A stretch of DNA of 57,608 bases from Octopus bimaculoides (lineage: Eukaryota): NCBI RefSeq assembly GCF_001194135.2, contig NC_068992.1:31123847-31181454 (forward strand), written 5' to 3'. Below, piece by piece: positions 1 through 10,499 of this stretch. The position numbers were made by a program, and so were the translations under genes. The notes beneath the pieces were generated by a model. The model was not told the DNA's origin, did no database searches, and saw only the letters and a program-made list of their open reading frames with translations. How positions within the stretch are numbered: position 1 is the stretch's first letter; each line of letters opens with the position of its first letter.

Positions 1-324
1 AAAGCCGTGTACTGTCTGTAGTAGTGTTTCGAGCTCTTTGTCGTTTTTTGCATATAATTTTAGGTCATCCATATATAGAAGGTGGCTGACTGTTTTTCCA
101 TAGCATTTGTAACCGCATCCAGTTCTATTTAGCAATTCTGTTAAAGGTGTGAGTGCCAGGCAGAACAGGAGTGGAGAGAGCGTGTCTCCCTGGAATATTC
201 CTCTTCTAATGGGGATGGCTTTCGTTTTCACAAGTCCCTCTTTTGTTTGGAGCTGTAGCACTGTCTGCCATTTGTTCATTGAGTGCTCTATGTATTTTAT
301 GATAATTGGTGCCACCTTGTTTAT

Positions 325-325
<1 letters not shown>
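1..325 (-). mobile_element. 5'-truncated R4/Dong-type RLE non-LTR retrotransposon (RT fragment), runs off the window start
   Basis: Reverse strand reads GIFQGDTLSPLLFCLALTPL...HLLYMDDLKLYAKND. About 9 differences over ~325 bp versus 50317-50640 by eye. The 5' truncation point abuts a TAA tract (325-357). Confidence 0.92.
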
Positions 326-355
<30 letters not shown>

Positions 356-357
356 TT

Positions 358-3347
358 GCCTTGGCACAGCTTCTAGCGCTGGAGATGTACTACGGTGTCA
401 GCTATTCATTACCAGTGACCTAAAGTAATACCTCTCATTTTCGAGCACCTTCCGGAATATTTGAGCGGTTCCAGGCAATGCCGTTTTCTGCAAACCCTCC
501 ACCCTTATTGGAGTCCATATTTGTTTCATGCACTCCTCAACATTTTTACTCTCTATTTCCAGAGCTCCGACAATTATTGGTACTACTCCCACCTTTTTCA
601 TCGACCACACCAGATTTACATCTAAAGCTAATCTGTCATATATATCGACTTTTCTTTCTTCCTTATCGCATACCTTGTCAGCTGGGCATGCTATATCTAT
701 GATCCAGCATAGTTTAGTTTATTTTCAAGACGATGTCTGGCTTCCTATTTTTTTATCTCATGGTTACACGGAATCATATAATCCCACAGGATCTTTGCAT
801 TATCGTTTTCGATGATGCCTTCGAGTTTATGGTCGTACCAATTTTTTTTCTCTATCAAGTCTATACTTGTGTAAAGTGTCCAATGGACAAGCCTTGCTAT
901 GTAGTCGTGGCTGCTCTTATATTCTTTCTGGGCTAGTGGCATACATTGCCTGGTAATATGCCATACGGTTTCACCGTTTTGTCCAAAGATTCTGCACTTA
1001 TCATCTTTTGATATGCTGTCTATAATGTATTTTATGTTTGTTCTTAGTGTTTGCGCAAGTACTTCACCTTAATTTTTTCTGTCATTTCTTTCTCCATCAA
1101 TTTATCCATTTCCAGTATCCTGAAGTACTTATATCCCGTCTCTTCTATCTGCTTCATAATCTCCCCCGACGGTATGGATAGACCTTCCATACATTTGATT
1201 TTGTCTCTCTTCAAGTCTAACACACCACAATTTCTCAGTCCTAACGCCCTTTTCATAACAACACTATCTACGAGGGAACTGATTTGGGCTTCATCTTTAC
1301 CATAACGTTTGAGATCATCCATAAATAACAAATGATGGACCTTTTGATGGCGGATTTTGAATACATACCCAGGTTTTGCTTTCCTCAGTATCAGTGGAAG
1401 ATATCCCTCTTGATTTCTATTAACCCTAAACTTCTTCCGTATGCTGTTAGGTCTGTCCACCAATTCGACATAATTTTTTCCAATGTAATCGCTCAACGTT
1501 CGATGCAAATAGATCAATACCTTCCATTATCCAAGAGGGTGGGATCATATCGTACACCTTACGAGAGTCCATTCATGACATGGCTAAGTTACTTTTCCTC
1601 CTCATGCAGACTCTAAGTAGAGTTTTGTCTATCAGCAGTTGATTATTGGCACCTCTCCACTTACGCTTGCAACGTTTTTGGTCATGTGACAGGACTCCAT
1701 ATATTCCTCATTTCGTACATTGTCTCTACAGGTATTCCAGTCAATAATTTCCACATAAGTGGCAAACAGGATATCGGTCTGCAATTGTCTAACGTATTGC
1801 CTTTTTAGATGTTTTTCAAGCACACCACTGACCTACGCGATGCCAACCACTCTGGTATTACTTCGAAGTCATTTAGTAAGGAGTTGAGTTGCGCAGCTAT
1901 TCGTGCATGACATTCACCAAAACGTTTGATCCAGTAGCCTTAAACTCCATCTTATCCCGGGGTCTTCCAGTTGCTCATCTTTTTGCTGATTTCCCTCACT
2001 TCCCTAATTGTGAATGACTAGTTCTGCCTGTTTTGGCCAGACTACTGTTTGTTTTAGTTCTTGAAACCATTCAGTATTCTTCTTGTACTACTTGTCTTTG
2101 CTCCAGATGTCAATCTAAAACTTTTCACTTTCATTGTTATCTTGTATCAAATTTTCATCTGTACGCTCTCCATTTATTTCGTTATAGAATCTCTTTTGAT
2201 CTATTCTGAATAACGTATTCTGCTGGAAACCCTTCATTCTTTGGATGTATCATACCATCTTTGCTTTCTTTACAACGACGTGCTGCATCAGTTCCCCCAT
2301 TACCACTTTCAGGCCCTTTCTTTCAATATTATACTTCCTTTTCAGGGCCCTGTTCTTTTGTTCAATTTTAAGCTCCCCTTTAACTTTTCGGTCTAACAGA
2401 GAAATTTCCTTCGAGAACATATTCCTGTATTCTTCTTTCCAACCATGGGTCTTTTCTTTTGTCACTAGCATTCTGTTTCTTTTTCTTCACAACAACACCC
2501 ACATTTTCTGCTACAACAATACTTGCTGCCTTGATCAAATAATTTGTTTCTGTGATGTTTGTTCTGATGTATTTCAGAATATCATTGGCACTTTTCGTTT
2601 CTTGGTTCAGCTTCCAACGGTCAACATTTTTAAGGTTGCAAATAATGTCGCTATTGTTCTCCTGCAGTTTTACGTTTATTTTGTCGTAGACTGCCTTTTT
2701 TACATCTGTCATGTCGCCATTAGTTTTATTGTCTTCTTTTAGATCATCTATATGCCTCTCATCAAGTAAACTACCACTGCTCCTTTCCTGTGCTATGAGA
2801 TTACTTTTATTACTAAGAACTGTGTTTTCTTTGTTATCTCTGCTGCTATTTTCCATGACCCGTGTTTTGATAGCTTCGAGCTCTACTTCTGTGAATCAAC
2901 AATGTTTCTTTATTGCTCTAGCTTGATCATAGTCTCTGTTCCGTGAGTTGAAACAATCCCTTTTCCCTCCAATGATCATACATACGTTGTTGGTAACCCC
3001 TAATTTGAGCACCATTTTCAGCAAAGGGACTGCTCAAGTAGTAGCACTTCATGACCACAGCATTAATCTGTTTGCTCCATCTACGCCGTGTGTGGTGGTC
3101 CCTTTCTGGATATCGACAGGCTGGAACTGGACCCGAATCTCTTAGCCTGCCGGGCGCAACACTGTCACCATCAATGTCCCCAGTTTCATTACCACCGTTA
3201 TTCACAATATTTTGTTTTTTCATTGTAACTCATATGAGGTAGCGATTACCAGGTTGCGCAATTACTAGTGTTTTTATTGTGACACCATCTCTAGATGTAT
3301 CATTAATCAGGACATGGGGAGACTCGGGGAGACTGCACCCGCTCCTT

Positions 3348-3349
<2 letters not shown>
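358..3349 (-). mobile_element. R4/Dong-type RLE non-LTR retrotransposon, both ends apparently retained, internally deleted and frameshifted
   Basis: N-terminus RRRWSKQINAVVMKCYY..RGYQQRMYDHW (2927-3223). RT remnants include HLLFMDDLKRYGK (1044-1517). Decayed CCHC finger KCRIF...ETVWHITRQC..EYKSSHD. RLE motifs KPDIV..WIIDIACPAD..KEERK. C-terminus LQKTALPGTAQIFRKVL. (TAA)n tracts at both ends. Confidence 0.9.

Positions 3350-3390
<41 letters not shown>
3350..3390. repeat. (TTA)n microsatellite running into an assembly gap
   Basis: Direct read. Confidence 0.95.
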
Positions 3391-3668
3391 NNNNNNNNNN
3401 NNNNNNNNNNNNNNNNNNNNNNNNNNNNNNNNNNNNNNNNNNNNNNNNNNNNNNNNNNNNNNNNNNNNNNNNNNNNNNNNNNNNNNNNNNATCTATCTAT
3501 CTAACTATCTATAAGCTCTACATTGTATTTGTCCCATCTTCATTGAGTCCTGTGTGGCTAATTAAAGAAACGTATCTATCTGTCTGTCTGTATGTCTGTC
3601 TGTTTCTCTGTGTCTATCCATCTCTATCAATGTATTTTTGTATCCATCTATCTACTTATCGCTGTATA

Positions 3669-4830
3669 TAGATATATAATTGTTAAAGAGGACAATAAAC
3701 GTTAAGGCGAAGCAAATATCTCAAGTCATATACATTACTATTATTGGGAAAATTTCAATGACTTATAGCTGTTTCTGAGATATCCCAGAGTATGGGCTAA
3801 TCCGTCAACGGAGGCAAATAATGAAGATGAGATGTGTATATATTAATGAAGTGACAGCATATAGGGAGGGAGAAATGCAATAAGGATGTGGAGAGAGAGA
3901 GAAAGAGAGAGAGAGAGATAGAGAGAGAGAGAGGGAGAGAGAGATAGTGAGAGTGAGAGTGAGAGAGAGAGAGAGAGAGAAAAGAAACATAAATGTCCAC
4001 AGTTAAAATTTTCGCTGTTGTAGAAATAAGTTTATAAGTCCTTAGGTGCAATCCTGGGTGGTTCTTTGTATGTTAATATCCTGATATTGTAAACATCCAG
4101 AAAAAAGACGCGAATATATCAACTTTCAATAACAGAATGGTAGCGCAGGTGGTTATTGAGTGTTAAAAGGAAAGAAATGTAAATAAATACAAAGGGAAAT
4201 AGCTGTGGTGAGGGGGAAGTTAAGGAATAGCTTTAGGATAAAGTAAGGTATATAAGCATATAGTGTCTAAAAATATGGTAAAGAGGGGTAACCGAGAATA
4301 TATGAGAGAGGACGAAGAGGTAGAAGTTAGCGTAAATAAATAAACAAAATGAAGCAAAATGAATGGAACTGAGAGTAATAGGCGTCGGTGGTATTCTTCC
4401 AGTAGTAAAGAAGTGTGTCCGTTTTGACTAGGTTCAGTGGCTCTAGTGTTATTTTTAGCAATGAGTTTATGAGTTTCTAGGTAGTCGAAAGTCGAGGAAA
4501 TATTTGAATGTTAAATTATTTAGGAGTGGGACTTATAATTAAATATTAGGCAATATATTTGGTTAAGGTTTAAAAATAAATTAAGTACAAATTAAAGAAT
4601 TAATATTTATCTCATGAAGCGATGAGGTAAGGTTGATAGAAGAGATATAAGAGATAACATAGATATGAGAAATATAGAGATATTGGAGAGATAGCAGAGA
4701 TATAGAGGGTCATGTTTTTAATGATCATAGGAGTTTTATGTGGGTGCTATTCGTGGTGGGTGAACTTACATTTAGATTTATGAAAGATATGACAAGTACG
4801 AAAGAATTTGCGCTTACACGCAGTGGAGGC
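3669..4830 (-). repeat. PLE pLTR-like arm (3' UTR of the GIY-YIG element), inverted partner of 6370-7250, interrupted by (GA)n at ~3890-3985
   Basis: Reverse complement aligns block by block with 6370-7250, e.g. gtttacaatatcag, ttattgaaagttgatat, cccaccacgaat, ctctgggatat, gaaacagct. Roughly 70-75% identity by eye. Confidence 0.85.
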
Positions 4831-5441
4831 TTCGTTGTGTTTATTAAGAAATTGTGGTGAGTTGTGGGTTAATGGTTTCAGCGTTTCTTTGAAGCTGAAT
4901 CCACAAATGGAGTGTTGGCCCTAATACTGGATACCCAATTCTATTATAACCCAGGAAAGATTATATTGTATCGTGCTATCAATCAGAGCGTCTACGTGGC
5001 TCACTACTGATGTGTAATTGCTACTCTCTTTGCATTTCAACGAGTTTAAACGTGCATAATATCTTTCTTTAAATATTGTGGTAGGTCTAATGTAGTAGTT
5101 ATAGGAGTAAATTACTATGTTGTGAACCATGTATTAGTATTCAGCGTTGAATCGTCTACACTGGGTTTGCAGCGGGCTGTCTGTCTCGGAGCTGCAGTTG
5201 CTGCTATTAGTTCTACGATTGTTAATTAGTGAGAGAGATGGGGTAGTGCTGGTGGTGGCTAGGGTGGTATTAGTTGAATCGATCGTGATATTACTGTTAT
5301 TATTGTTGTCGTTTCTAGTATAAATAGCAACGCTAACGTTAACATTATTATTACTATCGTCATCATCGTTATCGGCATCGCTGTTATAATTATCATTATC
5401 ATTAGTGGTAGTAGTATTAGAATAGTAGTAGTGGTGATTGT

Positions 5442-5492
<51 letters not shown>

Positions 5493-6260
5493 TGCAGCAG
5501 CAGCAGCAGCGGCGGTAGTAGTATCATTAGTAGTAGTAATAGTTGTATTGGTATTAGCGGTGGTAGAGGAGGTAGTATTAATGATGTTATTATTGCAACT
5601 ATTAGAAGGAAGTAGCATTTGTGGCACGAGTGTTAGTAGTAGTATTATTTTCAGTCATGGTAACACGGCCGTTGTTGCTAATATTTGTATTATTGCTATT
5701 CCGATTAGTAGTTGAAGTATATGTATTATTAGTCGTAGTAGTTATAATATAGCTTGTATTGTTATTATCAGTGTTCCTATTAGTGACTGCGTTGGCTTCA
5801 ACTGTGCACTCATTACTCTGGGAAGTGGGGACTATATTACGTATGTTCAAGTTGTTTAAAGTGGTTGGGTCAGAGGTATTAGATATGCTATTGCGATGAG
5901 TGTTAGTGTTTGCATAGTGTAGGTCCTTGGCAGGGTTGTATGCCATTAGATAATAAGAGCTAAGTTTATATTTGTTACATGAGGTGATGATAGATCACAT
6001 ATTTGGTGAAGATGAATAAGATAATTTCAAAGTGGATCTGTTGAAGATAGATTGGTATTTGTGGTTACGTGGGAAATTAGATTCAACTATTTTGAAGAAC
6101 GCTTTAGCGCGTGACCCTCATCGATTAAAGGAAATTGTGGTGCACACTTTAGAATAGATCTCCCACCGCTCTTATTAGGCAAGTCTGGGTAGGTATAATT
6201 CCTAGTGAATGTTAGAGGTAAGTTAGAAGGTCTAGTATTAGTATTAGTGTTCATAGATCG
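4830..6260 (-). pseudogene. Decayed PLE-type ORF: linker motif + long Thr/Asn/Ala low-complexity region + GIY-YIG endonuclease, no RT seen
   Basis: Minus strand FFKIVESNFPRNHKYQSIFNRSTLKLSYSSSPN (~6100-5990) matches the PLE post-RT linker seen at ~8580-8680. Then T/N-rich ORFs 5602-5946 and 5259-5627. Then SNCSSETDSPLQTQC...YYIRPTTIFKERYYARLNSLK...QYNLSWVII (5200-4920), which resembles PLE GIY-YIG. Confidence 0.7.
5430..5535. repeat. Compound (GCA)n/(GTA)n trinucleotide repeat inside the low-complexity linker
   Basis: Direct read. Confidence 0.9.
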
Positions 6261-6369
6261 AGTCTTATACGTGCGGGTGCTAAGTGGGCGAGATTGTCTG
6301 ATCGTAGTAGGAGGGTCTGAATTTCCAATATGTGTGTGCTTTTGTCTAGTGCTAAGTTTCGAGTCCCAT

Positions 6370-7250
6370 AAGTCACTACATGTGAAAACAAATTCTTCTG
6401 CACTTTAAATTCATTCATAAATCTAAACGTATGTTCGCCCACCACGAATGGCACCCACATACAAACTCTTGTGTTCATTATTACATACTCCTCTATATCT
6501 CTCCTATCTCTCCTATATCTCCATAACTCTTACATCTACGTTATCTCTTTACTACTAGATGTCCCCCCCCCCCAACACCTATAGACTGGAAGAATACTAC
6601 CGATAACTACTAATATATTTAAATTCCTTTCATTTTGCTCCATTTTGTTTATTCATTTACGCTTTATTCCTCTATCCCATCATGCACTGTCGTATCTTCT
6701 CCGGTGCCCCTGTACAGCATATTCTTAGATGCTATATGCTTATATACCTTACTTTATCCTAAAGCCAATCCTTAACTTCCCCCTCACTGTATCTACCTAT
6801 CTTTCTATTTATTTAATTTTCTTTCCGTTTACCACATAATAGCCACCTGCGCTACTATTCTGTTATTGAAAGTTGATATGTTTGCGTCTTTTTCTGGATG
6901 TTTACAATATCAGAACTTTAAGCCACATGGATCTACCCAGTATTGGACTTATGCACTTATTTCTACAACATCGGAGAGTTGAAATTTGAACGTTTGTGCT
7001 TCTTTTTTCTTTTCTCTTTCAACCTCCTTATTGCTTTACTCCCTTCCTATATGTTATCATTTCCTTAATATATATCCTTCTCATTTTTCTTATTTGTCTC
7101 TGTTGCCCGAATATCCAATACTCTGGGATATAGCAGAAACAGCTGTAAGACTTTGAATATTTTCCAATAATGATAATGTACATGACATGAGATGTTTCTC
7201 TTGTCTTAACGTTTATTATCCTCATTAAGAGTTATATATCTGCTATATCG
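6370..7250 (+). repeat. Inverted pLTR-like arm upstream of the minus-strand GIY-YIG ORF
   Basis: Inverted homology to 3669-4830. Contains a decayed hammerhead-like motif at 7096-7151. Confidence 0.85.
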
Positions 7251-7339
7251 GAAATCTGCAGTTGGCTGCATAACTACCGTTTCGTCTACAAGCATGGACC
7301 CCAAGTAATCCGTTATAACACTTACCTAGCGTGATTATT

Positions 7340-9145
7340 CGTAACGGCACCTTTTTCTGATAAAACCAAGAACTTATACCTTGTTGAAAACAGCACATAT
7401 TCACAACTCCTACACAACAATATGATTAATAATTACACTAAAGCTAAGCCACAAATTTATAACGAAATTAATAAAGAAGCTAGCATCATAGACCCCCAGA
7501 CTTAAATTAGGTACAAAAGAATAGAGGTCCTTTCAAAAATAGGCCTTTATAACAATTGAAGACCATAAACAGAACTTCCTATCTAAGCCTCAATGTAGGC
7601 TTATAAACCCAGCTAAATCAGAAATTGGTATTATTAGTGAAGAAAGTTTCGGAAAAATCAATGCGAAAGTCAGAAATGCTACTAAGTTAGTACAATGGTC
7701 TAATAGTATAGAAGTCATTGGCTGGTTTAAAGCCATGAGGAATTAGAATGAAGCGAGATTTACGCAATTCGACATTATCGATTTCTATACCTGTATCTGT
7801 AAGAAATTAGTAGACAAGATAAGGACATAATCTCCCATGCTAGAAAGACATTAGTCTTCAGTGAGAACGCACAGTGGGTCAAGACTACCGATACAGAGGG
7901 TGCTTTCGATGTGAGCGTAGGGTCATATGATGGATCAGGCATATGCGATCTCATTGGACTATTACTACTCGATACGTTGGGCAAGATTTTCCTGACGTAT
8001 ATTTCGCCATTTACAACGATGATGCCCTAGTTTTAACCACAAATACTAATGGACTAACACAAGATCGCTTTAGGAATGACATTATCCAAATGATGAAAAC
8101 TTTCGGTCTTAGCATAACTACATATACCAACCTGACGGATGTCATTTCCTAAATGTATCCTTAGATTTAAATAATAATATTTACAAACCTTATAGGAAGA
8201 CCAACGATAGACTTAGTTATATTAATGTAGGTTCCTGCCATCCTTAGATTTAAATAATAATATTTACAAACCTTATAGGAAGCCCAACGATAGACTTAGT
8301 TATATTAATGTAGGTTCCTGTGTTTAAAAGTTTAGTTAAAAACATTAGCAAAATAATTTCTAGCCTCTCCTCCGAATGGGACATTTTTAGTAGTATTGCT
8401 CAATTTTTAAGAGTGTTGCAATAATGCTCTAAAAGATAGTAGATTTAGTAAGGAAATAACCTATACACATGTTAACAGTCCAATAATAAATAAAAGGAGA
8501 CAGGAACAGGAAAGCTCTCTAGTCCACACCCCTTACTCCCCCCCCAACTGACCTTTAATATAGGTAAATATTTCTTATCTCATATATATAGACATTTTCC
8601 AATCAATCATAGTTATAGAAAGCTCTTCAATAGACATAACTTAAAAATCAGTATTAGCTCAACTACTAATTTTAAACTTATAATCGCACACAACTCACGA
8701 AAACAACAAAATGAAACCAGCTTTTCATTCAGGGATAAAAATTTGTGCCCGCAAAATGGAGCTTGCATATCCGGGACCATCATTTATGAAGACACCGTAG
8801 ACTCTACAACCACTAAGGACATAGTTTCGTAAAAGAAATATTTGAGTCTTTTAAAGCCAGGTTCAACAATCACAGCTTGAGCTTCAGACATTAGGATAAA
8901 AGAAAAACAACCGAATTATCCAGTCATTTACATGGTCTTTAGAAGAAAAAGATGTCAATTACACCATCCATTGGAAGATCTCAGCCGAGTGTAAGCCCTA
9001 CACCAATGGCAGCGGAAAGTGCGGTGTTTGTGATATGGAAAGTTGGCTCATCTGGAAAAGCAGCTTAGTCCCTGCTGCATGTCTAAATTCAAGAACTGAA
9101 CTTTTTGGATCATGTCCACATATGGCTATAAATTTGTTACGTTTT
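7340..9145 (+). mobile_element. Penelope-like element, RT + C-terminal GIY-YIG, multiply frameshifted
   Basis: Motifs across frames: DKTKNLY; DHKQNFLSKPQCRLINPAKSEIG; FDIIDFY; FDVSVGSYDG..CDLIG; IYNDDAL; YKPYRK..YINVGS; FPINHSYRKLFNR; CPQNGAC; FKARFNNHSLSFRH; YTIHWKI..KPYTNGSGKCGVC; LNSRTELFGSCPH. Confidence 0.9.
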
Positions 9146-9164
9146 TGGTCCCCCACCCAAGATC

Positions 9165-9525
9165 ACAGATAGAATGAAGTGGTGTATATAGGCGTATGCA
9201 TTTGTACCTTTACTGGTGAAGGAGGTAGAAGGGGGCAGTGGATATATAAGGAGAGAATAATGCATTAATTAGTAAGTAAAAATACATATGGAAAATTGTA
9301 ATTGACGATTAAATTATTAAAAGGAGAGAAAAATATATTGTTGGTTTAATACGCCGTGGTAGTGAGGGCTGATCAGTGGGACAAAGAATATACTCATATG
9401 CTATATATGCACATGCGTGAAATACGTGCATGCACACCCATCCACCCACACACCTATGTGTATACATATCTCTGCAATCATAGACCTGCACACACATACA
9501 TACTCGCACAAACGCACACACACAC

Positions 9526-9565
<40 letters not shown>

Positions 9566-9852
9566 ATATACACCCATACGCCCACAAATATGTTCGTATA
9601 CACGTCTATATGGGGTGGGGTTATAATTATTTGTATTGCGAAAATAGATTTAGTGCCTAATGTTTGCAGGTAAATATTACATTGCTGAGTTCATTGAGAC
9701 AGTCTGTTGATTGCAAAATAGCCATGACATTGGCTATGCTGAGAAGAAATTTATGGTTATATCCGCTCTAGTATTTGACGTGAGAGATTACGAACCATTT
9801 GAGATTGTAATGATTTGAGTTAAGCTTTAGTGTATTGACAAGTTGAGATAAC
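9165..9852 (-). repeat. Inverted copy of the GIY-YIG C-terminus + 3' UTR of the element at 10500-11900, split by a (CA)n-rich tract (~9410-9600)
   Basis: Revcomp of 9170-9400 aligns with 11350-11590 (cgtattaaaccaacaata...ttaatcgtca.ttacaatttt). Revcomp of 9620-9852 aligns with 11098-11340 (gttatctcaactt...tctcaaatgg...cctgcaaa...aaatctatt). Confidence 0.8.
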
Positions 9853-9859
9853 GATGTAT

Positions 9860-10007
9860 TTATTTAAATTATATATATTTGGCGGATATTTGTCGTCACT
9901 TTGCTTGTTGTTAACGCAACGTTGCGGCTGATATACTCTCCGGTCTTCATCAGGTGTCTTGGGGAAGTTTCGAAACTGGATTCTCATTCCTATGGTATTT
10001 TTCGAAG

Positions 10008-10065
<58 letters not shown>

Positions 10066-10170
10066 CATTATTATTATTATTCAGATCACTGCCTGGAATT
10101 AAACCTGGGATTTTGGGGCTAGTAGTTTGCACTCTTATCCACTACGTCATATGCCCGTGGGCAAGTTTGG
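9860..10170 (-). mobile_element. SINE-like element: tRNA-like head (A/B box) + (TAA)n + tail containing a decayed hammerhead motif
   Basis: A box TGACGTAGTGG (10149-10139), B box GGTTTAATTCC (10105-10095), TAA tract ~10010-10080, gacac-CTGATGA...cagcc-GCAAC-GTT-gcgtt at 9958-9913. Confidence 0.75.
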
Positions 10171-10234
10171 AGTGGATTTTATGGCTTATAAATCTAATAT
10201 TTTCTTATCATTCCGTAATACCGGTTTATATTAT

Positions 10235-10460
10235 ACCGAGTTCAATTCTAGACAGTGACCTGAATAGTAATAATAATAATAATAATAATAGTAACAACAA
10301 CAACATTGAAAAATACCTTAGAAATAAGAACCCAGGTTCGAAATTTCCCCAGCCGGATACATTGTGTTAGCAACAAGCAAGATGAGGACAAATATCCGTC
10401 AAATGCATATAAAGTAAATAATGTACATAATTCCTCATTTTTTTAAATATAGAATTGTAT
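10235..10460 (+). mobile_element. Second, 5'-truncated copy of the same SINE-like element, head-to-head with the first
   Basis: B box GAGTTCAATTCT (10238), cagtgacctgaat, TAA/CAA tract, gttcgaaatttcccc...agcc..ttgtgtt.gcaacaagcaa..gacaaatatccg. The CTGATGA segment is deleted. Confidence 0.75.
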
Positions 10461-10499
10461 ATCAATGTACTGTTAGTATTATTAAGTTGAGATAACCTT

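Noticed and set aside
149-376. ORF MSARQNRSGESVSPWN… repeated at 50263-50493 as a conserved gene
   Set aside because: It is the antisense frame of the Dong RT; conservation only reflects the two related copies.
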